From Monocercomonoides exilis PA203 (Eukaryota > Protista > Preaxostyla), in contig LSRY02000019.1 in NCBI GenBank assembly GCA_001643675.2, positions 1,302,001-1,366,000 of the forward strand: a stretch of 64,000 nt of DNA, written 5' to 3'. The position numbers were made by a program, and so were the translations under genes. The notes beneath the pieces are model-generated. The model had not been told where the DNA came from. It was given only the letters and a program-made list of their open reading frames with translations, and made no database searches. This document shows, piece after piece, positions 25,355 to 38,222 of this stretch (positions within the stretch are counted from its first letter, which is position 1; each line of letters opens with the position of its first letter).

Positions 25355-28300
25355 ATGGCATTGATGTTGTCAGGAATATTTTATTGTGTGTGGATAATTA
25401 GTGTGGGGTGCGTGTGCAAGGGTGCCACAAGTGATGGAGCAGGATTTGTTGAGAAATCAGCGAAAGAAGGAGAATTGGATTATTCTGAAGGCACATGGCG
25501 AGAGAAGGCTCAAAACAACAAAATTGGAGATGGCCATTTATTTGACACACATATTGAAGGAAAAGAAGGTGGAGTGGGAGAAACCAGGAAAGAGGAGAGA
25601 ATGATGAAGAAATGCTCAAAACAACGGAATAAAGAAGGTGGAGAGGTTGGGAAAGTTCGCTAATGGAGTTTTTGTGATGAATGGAAAATGTGGGGAAAGG
25701 TATGTGTATGTGTATGTGTATGTGCATGTGTGTGTGTGTGTGTGTGTGATGGGAGTGGGGTTGAGGGATGCCTTACTGTGGCCAATTCATCAATGAGACT
25801 GAATTCATTGGGATTGATGGAAAGATGTGGGGAAAGTGTGCTCAGGGCATCTGATGGAAGTTTTGTTGAGGTGAGTAGATGTGTTGTTGGAGTTGAGAGA
25901 GAAACGTCGCCCTTTGATTTTTGTAAGAGCTGTGGATTGTTCACCAACATTTCCCTCGGATCGTCTTCAACTTCAACTTCAACCTCGACTGAACAGATAT
26001 TCCCTCAACTTTTCTCTTCAAAAGCAGGTGAAGAAGAGATTTGTGAGAAATGCTACATTTCTGTTTGTCCTTCTCATTTCTCTTCTTTTTGTGTGTCTTC
26101 AGCTCCATTCTTCCATCACATTTTGTTTCTCTTTCCCAATTAGAATTCTTCAACATCTCCACAAATCCATCGAAGACAACACATCTGAGTTAAAGGCTGA
26201 GCCAGACCTCGTTTCTGATGAGTGGGTGCTCATTCTCATCGGTGTGGGATGTTTATGATGGGGGCATTGCCCCCTCGCTGAACAGCCCCTCATCATCCTT
26301 GTCTGCGTCGAACACCTCGTTTGTCAGATGCATTCGCTCTCAGAATGTTGCACTCAATGGGAGTGAAGAGAATCCATCGAAACAAGCGAGACTGCAGATT
26401 ACAGAAAATAGGGAGAATTCGTTCACCTGGTGTGTGTGGAATGGATCAAAGACAACTGGAACGAGTGATTCAGTTGTTGATGCTGCTTCGAGTGGAGGGG
26501 CAATTTACATATGTAACAAGGCATCTGGAACACTATCTGTGAAATTTTGTTTATTCAATGATTGCTATGCGTATTGTGTTGATGGGGGAATTTATTGTGA
26601 TTCAATAGATTCTGTCAAGGTTGAGAACAACTCATTCAATGCATGTGCTGCACAAAATTATTATGGAGGAGGGGTGCATGCTGAATATATTTCGTCATGT
26701 GTAATGATCAGTGATTGCGCGTTCCAGAAATGCACAGCAAAAGAATATGGAGGAGGACTTTATCTTTATAATTTTAATGTTTCTGGATCTGCCTGCATTG
26801 GAACAGAAAACGGCAAAGGTGAGAGCGCTTGTGTGTTTGATTGCAGTTTCACTTCATGTTCACTTTCAAGCACTGGTGGCGGAGGGTTGCGTTGTGAAAG
26901 AGTTCCGGCTGCATTCAAAATGAGAAGCATCCAATTTATTTCGTGCTCGGCATATGTAAATGGCGGAGGATTGTGTTTAGATCCAGACCAATCAACAGCT
27001 CCAACCAACAACATTTATTGCTATTTCTTCTTCTTCCACGATTGCAGTTGCAACGCTTCCACTCCATATGGACATGATGTGTATTTTGTAGATCGATACA
27101 ATCTCTTTTCGTCATACAACCCGTTCTATGAATCATATACAACGAATAACAATGATACGAGAGTGTGCCATAGATATTATTCAGGCAGTTGGACATATCT
27201 GCATACAGAAAAGAAGGGATGGTTGAAGGACAAAACAATATATGTTGGGGTGAGTGGGGATGACGCAAACAATCTGTGTGGGATGAGTGAGGCAGCGCCG
27301 TGCAAGACAGTGGGGCATGCAGTGGAATCGAGCATGGCGCAGCTGAGCTCGACAATCACGTTGCTGAGTGGAAAGCATGTGAGCGAAGGGACAACGATCA
27401 GTGTTGGGGAAATAAAGATTTCTGTTGTTGGGAGAGGGAAGACAGTGAGTTTGATTGGGACGAATTCTCTTTCTTCGTCTTCGGCAACGCTGTTTAGCAT
27501 ATCTTCTGGTCAACTGGAGGTGGGGCATGTGGGGATTGATCACAACTCTGAAAAAGATTCTTCACCGAATGTGTTTATGGTATCTGATGAAGTCGGAACA
27601 CTTTCGCTGGATGATGTGGTGATCAATTCTTCGACACCAGGAGGAAGTGTTATTTCAGCATCTGTGTTTGACGTGGCGCTGCGACAGTTGAAGATGGTTG
27701 ATGTGGAGATCAAAAACATGAAAATGAGTCAACCTCTGTTTGCCGAGCCATCATCAGCAGGATCATCATCAGGAGATAGTGTTTTAGCGAATGTGACAGT
27801 TCGGAATGTGAATCGGACAACAGGTGATGGAGTTGTAATTGCAAAGAATGTGAAGGCAAGAGAAGCATTTATTGTATGGAACACAACGATGGAAGGGTGT
27901 TCATGCAAAGAAGGAAATGGAGGCGGGGTGTATGTTGATGTGCAAGAGAGTGGAATAGCAATTGTTGACGGAACAGCAAGATTTGAAGGATGTGTTTCAG
28001 CTGGTAGAGCAATGTTGGGAGGAAGAGGAGGAGGGATGATTGCACATTTGGCTGATGCACGTGCATTGTTTGAGTTATCTGGAAATTTGATATTTGAGAG
28101 AAATGAGGCAGAATATGGGAAGAATATGTTCATTTTCGGAAAGGATTTGAATGGTTCTGTGACAAGTAACTCATTCAACTTTAATTTCTTGTTAACGGCA
28201 AACGATAAAACATTGTTTGTGGGGAGTGATTACAATCATTCAAATAAAGATTTGTTTATGTTTCTGATTCGATACGGCTCGTTTGAGATATTTATCTCAT

Positions 28301-31300
28301 CGAATGGATTTGATGCAGCGCGTTGTGGAAGTGAGGAAGAGCCATGCCAAACGATGTGGAAAGGGATGGAAAACATGGAAAAGGAGACTGGAAATAAAAC
28401 AATTCTGATTGACGGATCAACCATTATTCAAGATTCATTCAACATGTCCAATTATCAGATCAAAAAAAGTGTGAAGATGGGAGAAGAGAATGTGAAAGCA
28501 ACTTTGAATTTTGAAAAGACAATTGGAAGTCAACTGGAATGTTTCATGGGAAATGAAATTCACCTTGAATTGACAAATATTCGACTTCGACTGGCATCTG
28601 GATTTGACAACTCAGTCAAAACAATTTTTTCAAACAAAGGTGGAGATTTGATGATAACTGGATGCTCATTCCATTCAGAAGCAGGGGTGAATAGTGGATT
28701 TGATTGTGTGTTTGTGGATGTGATTGGAGGAAGTGTGGAAGTGAATGATTTGTCAATGGAATCATTCAATGCTGGAAATAGCATTTTTGCAATTAACAAT
28801 GCTGGAATTTCTTGCGAGTTGAAGAATGTTCGAGTGAAATTGTTGAATGAAAGAGTCGGATGCCTTCTTCTGATCAAAGGACCTGAATTAACAACAAGGA
28901 TTAATGAAGGAGGGGAGGAAATGAATCTCAACATTGATAATTCATCATTTTCAGAAGTAAAGAGAAGTGGCAATGGAGCGAGCATTTTGGAATCAAAGAG
29001 TGAGAAAAAGATTGATTTGGTTGTAAAGGAGAGCAACATTACAGAAGACAAAGCAGAAGAAAGTGAAAAAGGAGGGGCAATATTCTTCACATTGGGATCG
29101 TCTGGATCGATGAAGATGATTGACTCAAAAATCACTAATTGCAATTGCAGTATTGGTTCAGGGAAAGGAGGAGGGGTATATTTGGCAACAAAGGAAAGAG
29201 GAGATTTGAATTTCACATTTGTGGGGATGAAGTTCAGTTCAAACACAGCAAAAGTGGGGAAAGATATTTTCATCGAATGTTTCAACATCTCATCTCAGAT
29301 CAACGAAAACCTATTTCAGTTTGATCTCAGAGAAGGCCATTTCAATCGAGATAATGCAAAATATGGAAGTGACAGTTGTGATAATCCAAATGATAAGGAT
29401 CTGATTGAATATGTGACTATCCATCAGAGCGACACGATCATTGTGAGCAGTGTGAATGGATCGAATGAGAGGCAATGCGGAACAAGCACACTTCCATGTT
29501 ATTCGATTGATCATGGGTTGATGCATCTCACTTCAGATTTCATGAGTGTTATGATTGTAGTTGAAGAGAGTGTGATTGGCGATGAGATTAATCTGAAGGA
29601 GATGAGTCTGAGTTCGAAGAGCAGAGAAGAATGTGAAGTTGAAGTGAAGTCAAACATTGAAAGAACAAGAGAGGCATTGGCAACAACAGCTGGAACAGTC
29701 TCAATGCTGAAAGTGAATTTTGTGTTTGATTCGAACTTCATCTCTTCACACGAATCACTGATATCACCAGAAGGAGGAATTCTAGAAATGATGAATTGTT
29801 CATTCAGTTCAAAACTACTTGTGGAAGGTGTTAATGCAGAATTTACAAACATTCCATTTCACATTATTAATATGGCAAAAGGAGAATTATAACTTGATGG
29901 ATGCACAATATTAAATCTCATTCTTCATAAATCTGCATTATATCTTTCATCACCACTTCCATCAGTGATTGATTCATTAAACATTTGCAATTCAACAATT
30001 AAAACATCTCTGATAGACATTAATGAATGTGGACAATTAACAATTAAGGATTTCAATGCAGAAAACATCTCGGTTGAAGGAAACGAAGAATCATTGATAT
30101 CTTGCTTGTCAATGAAAAAGGCAATTCAATTGGCAAATTGCACAATGGGTGGAGTCAGTTCAAACAATACAAAGGGGAAATTGATGAAAGTGGAGAGTTG
30201 TTTGGATGTGAAAATGGACAGTTGCATTTTTGATGGAAGTTCAAAGGAAAGAAATGAGAAGAATTTGAATGTGGAAGAAGAAGAGAAGTGCAAATGGGAT
30301 GGATCTCTTGTGGATGTTGTGAAGAGTTCTGTTTTGATGAAAGATACAACAATATCGAATTCTCCAAAAGGAGGAATAACAATGAGTGGAGGAAATGTGA
30401 TTATTGAGAAAGGAGAGTTTTTGAATAACAATCCATCGATTGAAGGATATCCTTCGCTGAGAAGAAACATCATCTGTTCTGATTCAGGAACATTGAATGT
30501 GATGAATTTGAAAGGAGGAGATGGATTGGAGAGAAATACATCACTTTGGATGTTGAATGATGGGTGCAATTTTGAAGGGATTGTTCCAGAGAGGGACTCT
30601 TCATTCTTCATTCCTGTTCTGGAGAGTGCGGAAGCAAAAGAAGAGACAGATAGAATGAAGCTGACATTCAAAGGAATGCTTTTTATTCCATGTAATCTGT
30701 CATTCTCAGTTGTGAAGAGGAAAGGTGAAGAGAAAGAGGTTGAACATTATGATTTTTATTCAAATGGATTCTTATCAGAGACGGAAGTTGAAGGGAGGCT
30801 TTCAAAAGATGTCATCAGCAGTTGTGGAAATGAAATCGAAGTGATTGCTTGTATTTTGTTTGGGAATTCAAATGCTCCTTCATCAACAAATTCATTCATT
30901 CTGAAGAACAAAAGTGAGACTGAACAAAAAGGAGATGAAAGAATTGTTGAAGAAGGGAAAGAAGGAAAATCTGATTGGTTATTGATTGTGATTGTGCTTG
31001 TTGTTCTATTTTTTGATTGTTCTAATTACTTTAATATTGTTTGTTATTCGTTGGAAGAAGGTTAGGAATGAAGCAGAAGATCTGAGAGAGATTGTGAATG
31101 ACAACATCAGAAAGGATCCAAAAGCGTTTGAGATGGTGACGATGGAGATGTCTCCTGAGGAGCAGTGGAGGAGAGCAGAGAGGGAGGCAGAGAAGAAGAA
31201 CGAAGAGAGGATCAAGAAGAGAGTATATGCGAAAAGCTTGGGGCATTCAGAATCATCAGAGCATTTATTGAGTGAAAGTGGATCAACTGAATACATTCTG

Positions 31301-32314
31301 GGGAGGGATTCAGACAAGATTCCTGAATGGGCTCTGGAGAAGGTTGATGAGAAAGAAGAAGAGGCGCAAAAGAGATCACCATCTCCATCTATTTCATCCA
31401 CCTCAACAACAGATACTTCAGACACTGAATCCACTTTTGTTAGAGGGGAGGATCTGTGTCCAACCACTTCGTCAATGTCGAATCTGGTGGATGCAATGGC
31501 CTGCTCATCCCCTCATGAAAAGCTGATTGTGGATCTGAGGGATTCGCTGTTCATGCTTCTTCATGGAAGAAATGAGAAGAAGGAGATGGCAATTGGCTCT
31601 CTGCAAGAGAGGGAGCTGACAGCTGCTCAAATTCTGTTCTGGGTGGCTAATCTTGCGCTTCACTCCTTTGATGAAATGGAAGATGAACTCTCTTCGCTGG
31701 CCAATCTCAGCCCTCACATCGTTCTCTTCTCTGAGCACATGGTCATATGCATTGCACTTCATTCGGATTGCTCTTCTTCAGACTCAGACACTTCATCCAT
31801 CTCTTCATCAACTGTTGTCACATCAACATCTGATTGCTCCACCGTGAACAGAAATGGGAAAGACTCACCACCGCCATCATCAGCATTTGAGGATGAGGAT
31901 GACAATAGAAAAGAGTGTATGAGGTGGAAGGCACCTGAGATGCTGATCAACAAAAAGATGGGAGCAACAAAGGAATCAGTTGTGTTCTCGATTGGGATAA
32001 TGCTGTGGGAGTGTCTGACGCTGGAGATCCCGTTTGGAGAGTATGAGGCAGAGGTGGCGGGGCAGAAGATTGTGAATGGGGAGAGAGTGGATGAGAAGGG
32101 AATTGATGAAAGTGTGATGAAGAATGTGGTGGATTCGTGTCTGTTATCAGAGGAATCGAAAAGACCGACACTTACTGAAGTCAAGAAAGAGTTTGTTAAA
32201 TTGTTTCCAGCTGGAACGTTTATTGTGACTATGACAGATGCAATCCTGGTTGAGGAAAGCAGCGAAGAGCATGAAGAAGACAACAAGCAAGGAAGGAAAA
32301 AAGGAAGTGAATGA
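25355..32314 (+). pseudogene. Disrupted receptor-like gene: signal peptide, Cys/Gly-rich beta-helix (GGAI/GGG) ectodomain, TM helix, tyrosine-kinase-like pseudokinase
   Basis: ORFs 25355, 25688, 26218, 29965 and 30992 are consecutive parts of one protein. In-frame TAA at 26191 and 29890; frameshifts near 25650-25700, 26110 and 31010. TM segment WLLIVIVLVVLFLIVLITLILFVI. Kinase-like RWKAPE and VFSIGIMLWE are present, but HRD and DFG are absent. Confidence 0.8.
25700..25748 (+). repeat. (GTATGT)n/(GT)n microsatellite inside the receptor gene
   Basis: Directly visible; it translates to VCVCVC. Confidence 0.9.
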
Positions 32315-32931
32315 AAGACGTGCATGATGAAAAACAAGTTTGATGACGAATGAGTTCCATTTTCTAAAATACTGGCATTGCTTAAGATTAATTGAGAAAG
32401 AAAGAAAGAAAGTTATTTATTCACGCTCTGTGGGTTTGCATCTGTTATGATTGAAGGTAATCCATAAAAAAATGTGAAGCGGATACAATGTGATTGATGG
32501 CAACATGAGTGAAGTCTAAGATTATTACATTATACGAAAATGATTTGGCATAATTTTTTGTTTTCTTATTGAATCATACGAGTTATTTGTGATCCAGTAA
32601 CTTTTCTATTTTGATGCGCAAAAAATTTTCTTTATTTCTTATTTGAGTCGAAAGCTCATCTTCATTCCTGCACTAAATCAAAGGTTTATACCATCTGAGC
32701 TTTAAAGAATATTCCATCATTTGAGGTAAAAATTATGATTCCATGTTCATTGCAGAAATGATCATTTTAATATGTGTAATTTTATTATTGTTTCAATCAA
32801 CGTCACAAAATTATATTTCCATAACTTAATTGTTTTCTGTATGTTTAAACAATTCATTTATCTATGTAGAACTTATTCATATTTTTCAACCTTTGTGATT
32901 TGAAAATAACTTTTTATACATTTTCCTTATA

Positions 32932-35255
32932 CCATCGGTGGAAAATGCGGTAACTGGTGGAAAATCCGGTAGTTGGCAGAATCGAATTGTTGAACATTTA
33001 TACATTAAAAATTCATTTGCTCTCGCACTGAACAATTTGGATTTTGTTTTATTTGAGAGTTAGAGTTAAACTTGGTTGTAATAAATTAAAAAAAAACATT
33101 ATTTATTCACAACTTCATTATTTTTCTTTGAAATGAAACGAGATAATGATGAATTAGGCGCTGAGTTTCAAAAAACGAAAACTGGCAACAAGATTTATGT
33201 GCAGCAAAAAGTGATCCTTCCTTTTTTTTCAGTTGTGATTTTCTGAATAGAGTTCGTCATCTATTTTTCTCCTTTTGCATGAACGAAGCTGTGTAGGGTT
33301 CTCAATGCTTTTTGTCTCTTTCCTATCATAAATATAACTAATTTCCTTTCCATACAAATAATCATCATCTATTTTTTCTCTTCTCAATCTAATTTTCTTT
33401 TTCTTAACGTCAACTAATTTCTTCAATATCCTTTGTTTATTTTCCTTTTCTTCACTCGTTTCGAAATTTTCTTCCTTCTTTTCTTTCGGCTCCTTTTCAA
33501 TTGTCTTTTTTTCTTCGCTTTTTTCTTTTAGTTGTCGTTTTTCCTTTGGAGAAAAATCTCCAAATAAATCCTTCTTTATATCATTTGAAGTATATTTTAA
33601 TGAGAACTTTTGAGAAGATGAAAGCGGACCACATATCCTTGACAGCACAGGAGCAGCGGACACTGGATAAACTCCTGTATTCGAAAATGAAGATCTTATG
33701 ACTGAAGGAGTTGTTGCTGCTGTTAAAGCTTCTGGCAAAGCATCTGCCAAAGCTTTTCTATATGAAGAGGTTGAAAATTGAGTTGGCCTTGCAAAAGAGT
33801 TTTGAAGAACTTGTTTGAACCTTGCAAACACACGGTTATCGCAAGGTTGCAAAAGGTGAGTCATGTTAGAAGGGAAAAATTCAACGATGATATTTCTTTG
33901 TTCAGCAAACGCAATCACTTCTGAATCGAAGTGAGTTCTGTGATTATCCAATAAAAGAAGTGCTTTTTTCGAAGATGAGAGTTTTAGCTTATTTGAAATT
34001 AATGGAAGCCATTTCTTTGTCATTATCCTTCGAAACAATTCAGCAGATATCCATCCAGATGAAGACCCCTCATAAGATACATTGAATGAAGAAAAATTAG
34101 AGAATTCCTGTGGAATTTTTTTTCGAGGGTATATTAGTATATGAGGAAGATGTGAGCCGTCTGCGCAAATGCACACACAAATAGTTGCATTTTCCATTTT
34201 TGGCAATGAAGATGGGGAAGGAGGGGATTGGTTTTTCAGGCAGACTACCAGTTTTTCTGTTCCATCACCTACACGAACCGATGATTCGTCAAAATTGTAA
34301 ATATCAGTCTCATTAATTCTATTGGTTGTGATGATGGAGGATAACTTTTCGAACCACGAATGTATTGCTTCTGGAGATTGTGCGTTAATTTTTGCAATTT
34401 CCATCGGCCTGGAAATTGAAGTCCTTAAAATTGAACTTCTTTTTATCAAATCATAGGCATATTTGGAATTGACTTTATTTCTTATTTCTTCGCTTTCGCA
34501 ATCTGAATTCACAATGTCTTGTATCTACAATATATAAAAATATAAAACAAAATAATCTAATTCTTCAGACCATTGCTTGAATATCCTTTAGTCGGATTAT
34601 TTTTTTTTCGGATAAAAGTGCAATAACCTGATTTTCAACAGTTTCCAATTGTTTTTTTGTAATAATTTCTGGTCTGCCAACTTTGCCAACTTGCCGTTTT
34701 GCTTTCAAAGCAGCCATTCCTCTTTCCCATGCTCCATTTGAAATAGCTTTGGATCCCACAGCAGTTTTCCACGTGACAGCATATTTCTTTTTGATTTCAA
34801 AGACTTTTTGGGAAGGAGATGAAAGATTTCGGTAATCTGATGCTGCCATAAGCCTGTGAAGTTCTTTGGAAGATATTTTTTTTGTCATTTTCATTATTAT
34901 TCATTTGATCAAAAATTTAATTAATCATATAAAAAAGAATTTTAATGAAAGAAAGCCAATTTTTAACAATCAAGAATTAATATATGTGAAGGAATTGTCA
35001 TTTGCTTTAATTTTCACATAAGAAGAAAATTCTTTCCTTTTATTTAATCAACAAAAGTCTGATTTTATTTCTTCGGAACTTGGTAGTTTTTTCGATGATT
35101 GCAGTAACTATCTTTCAAGCTGTGCAGGGGTTGAGCTTTTGAAAGACGTTTCGTTCATCATCTTAAAAATAGTCAACTTATTTTCTATTCTTTTTGGTTT
35201 TCAGATAACTTGGACTACCGGATTTTCCACCAGTTACCGCATTTTCCACCGATGG
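32932..35255 (-). mobile_element. Complete pogo-type (Tc1/mariner-related) DNA transposon, 2324 bp
   Basis: Perfect 42-bp TIRs (32932-32973 and 35214-35255) with TA on both sides (TATA context) and an internal transposase gene. Confidence 0.95.
33229..34894 (-). CDS. pogo-like DD35D transposase (DDE_1), 2 exons, 539 aa
   Basis: Exons 34894-34571 and 34524-33229 with a 46-bp phase-0 GT-AG intron. Motifs YNFDES, LLLLDNH and THLLQPCD, with 35 residues between the second and third D. Confidence 0.92.
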
Positions 35256-35445
35256 TATATTCATTATTATATGTTGTGAATCTTTTTCTTTTCTTTGACA
35301 ATTTGATTTTTGTTACAGTTAATAACAAAAAAATGAAGAAATTTAGGCACCTCTGTTTCCTTTAAAAACCGCAAGTTCCACAAACATAAATTATTCTTTT
35401 TCTTGCTTCAATTATTGTTCGAATTGATTTTCAAAAATGAATCTC

Positions 35446-35461
35446 AAAAAAAAAAAAAAAA

Positions 35462-35493
<32 letters not shown>

Positions 35494-35519
35494 ATAAAAA
35501 TAAAAAATAAAAAATAAAA
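35446..35519 (+). repeat. Poly-A/(AAAAAT)n low-complexity tract
   Basis: Directly visible. Confidence 0.9.
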
Positions 35520-35627
35520 CTGAATATAACAAAATTGAAGAAAAAAAGCAGTATTTTTGATCTCAATTTTTTTTATGGGCTCATTATTGTATTTTGTAAA
35601 TTATCATTTAATAACAAACGCTGGGGC

Positions 35628-37553
35628 ATGTGCTGTTGTTTGGGAAGTATTTATTTTTCTTGATTTTATATCATTAAGGATAAGTTTTTTATTTTTATTG
35701 TCATTTTTAAACAAATGAATGTTTTCTTATTAATTGAAAATCGTAAGGTTGCATTGGAAGCGCCATAGGATCTGCGTGTGCAAGTTGCTGCTGTTCTTGC
35801 TGTACTTCAAAAAAAAGTACCAGTCTTGGTATTCTTTTCAACAATTAATTTTTGTTCAATAAGTGATAATTGGATGTTTGAATATGATTTAACATAATAG
35901 CCGCCAGATTTGGATCACTTCTTCTCTTATCAGTTGGAGCAATATGTGTTTTAGTTTTTTCTTTTTGGGTATGTTTATGGTTTTACTTTTTAGCACGGCT
36001 GATTTGTTTTTCATTTATAAGGGATATGAAATATTTCATAATAAGCCGTATGACGCTGATGTCGGTGGATGCATAGGCCAAATAGATACATGTTCAGAAA
36101 AGTTACTTGTGCTGCGAGTTGGAGTTGCGCTTTGTATTGTTTTTATTGCAATGTTTCTTATGAGCCTTGTTCTTTGTGGAACCCAAAATTCAATTTGCAT
36201 TTCAATTCAAAATGAATGGTGGCCAATAAAGTTATTAGTGTTGATCGTTGCACTTGTTGGGTGTTATTTTATCTCACCAGTATGAACACGATTTTATTCA
36301 ATAGACACTTTTAAATAACTATGTGATTTCATTTTCAGAAAGCAACTGTTGTTTTATTTTACTTTGAAGTTGTGGGAAGTGCATTTTTCTTGGTGATGCA
36401 AATTGTACTTCTTATAGATTTTTTCATGTCTTGGAACGAAAAATGGTTGGAGAAAGGATGGGAAAAGTGCCTCGCCTTTTTAACGATTTCTGGACTTGTG
36501 GGATACCTTGCATTGATAATACTTACTTTTGTCTTTTACAGCAGTGTGCAATTTGCATTATTTTGCTTTAAGTAATTTTTTTAATAATTTTTTATTATTA
36601 TCTGCGTACATTCACAAATACGTGCAATTATCATTGAATCCAACTTTTTCTGTCAGAATGTGCACTGGATATAATATTTACTGTTATCACTTTGGTTGTT
36701 GGGATTTGCCTTATGATATTATCGCTTCGTATCCCAACAGCGTCTGTGTTTACTACTACGCTTGTAATGCTTTATTGCGGGTGGCTAAACCTCTCCTCGC
36801 TGATGGCAAATCCAAATGATAAATGCTTCACTTTTGCCAACCATGTTTCATCAGACGCTGCTGGAGGCGTTACAATGAAGATAATTTCGCTTGCTTTTCT
36901 TTATCTTGCGCTAATTTACTCCACATTCACATCTTCTGGCCAAGTAGCCGAAGAAAATGAGGGGAAGGGGAGCTATGAAATGACTAATGGTACTTCCAGC
37001 TCAGGTTCTACGGAATATAAGCGTCCGTCTGCAACTTCAACTTCTGATCAATCCACCTCTTCTTCTAATTCTTCATCAGCCAACTCATCTTCACTGGAAA
37101 ACGAAGACCCGCTGTATGCACATCTTCGAGAAGAGGCGGAATCTACCTCATCGTTAAGTCGCCGCAAAGGGAATGGAAGAGATGTGAAGACGTTTCCATA
37201 TTGGAAGATGTATTTAGTGTTCATTCTTGCATCTTGCCATTTGTGCGTGGTTGTTGTTGGGTGGTCTGTGACAGATAGGAATGCTCTGTCAGGAATGTCA
37301 GTTGGGTTTGCTTTTATGCACTTGTGAATTTTGTTTATTACATTACTGACTATTTATTGCATTTAAATAATAATGTTTCATTCAAAACATCTTTTCTTTT
37401 CTTTTCTTTGTTTCTTTTTGTTAATTTAGCATCAGCATTGCATCTTTGTGGTCCAAAACTATTGCCAATTGGACATGTGCTGTTTTGTATTTGTGGCTGG
37501 TTTTAGCTCCAGTCATTGGACCAAAGCTGTTTCCTAATAGAACATGGGAGTAG
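35628..37553 (+). CDS. SERINC: Serine incorporator (SERINC/TMS1) family membrane protein, multi-exon
   Basis: Cys-rich N-terminus (MCCCLGSCIGSAIGSACASCCCSCC), IQNEWWPIK, GSAFFLVMQIVLLIDF..SWNEKW, and C-terminal LYLWLVLAPVIGPKLFPNR, plus multiple TM segments. The first three introns were checked for frame. Confidence 0.92.
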
Positions 37554-38222
37554 ATTTATAATCATACTCCATCTTTTTTAGAGTTGTATTTTGAGAATTA
37601 TAGTTATTTTTTTGTTGTATTTAAATAATTTTTTTCAGTGCTATTCATGCTGGCTTATGTTATGCTAACCATTCAGCAATTTTAAATTAAATAAAATTCC
37701 AAATCTGACGATATGAAAAGAAATCAAAAATAAGTAAAAAAAATCAAACAAGTGAATTTATCAAAGCGATGTGAAAACAACTGAGAAGAGATCATAACAA
37801 GAAGAACGCGATAATAACAAAACAAACTTAAAAGAATGCACATAAAACCACAAGAAAGAGAGAAGTTAACAACAAGATTTAAAATGAGATACTGAAAATG
37901 AGATCGGATATATTCGTTTATTAAGTTAAGGGAAAATAAAAAAAAAATAACGAACAAAAACATTGGAAAACATAATTAAAAATAAACATAAGATTTGATA
38001 TAAACACAATCTGACGAACGAATAAAACAAATCAAATAATATATCATACAAGCAACTTAATTGATAATACTTGGCAACAAGCAACACTTTGCTCTTGTTT
38101 TGCTAAAGATGAACCGATTATTCAAAGACAATCACAAACCACTAGAGAACTCATAACAAAAACACACATTGCTTTAATGTTAGTGAATAATTTGAATGCA
38201 ACAGCAACCTGCAAGCATATAT

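Noticed and set aside
26191-29892. In-frame TAA codons as evidence of TAR=Gln recoding (known in some oxymonads)
   Set aside because: The same gene also has frameshifts, the 6239-codon Gln-rich ORF has no internal TAR, and intact genes end in TAA or TAG. The standard code with nonsense mutations fits better.
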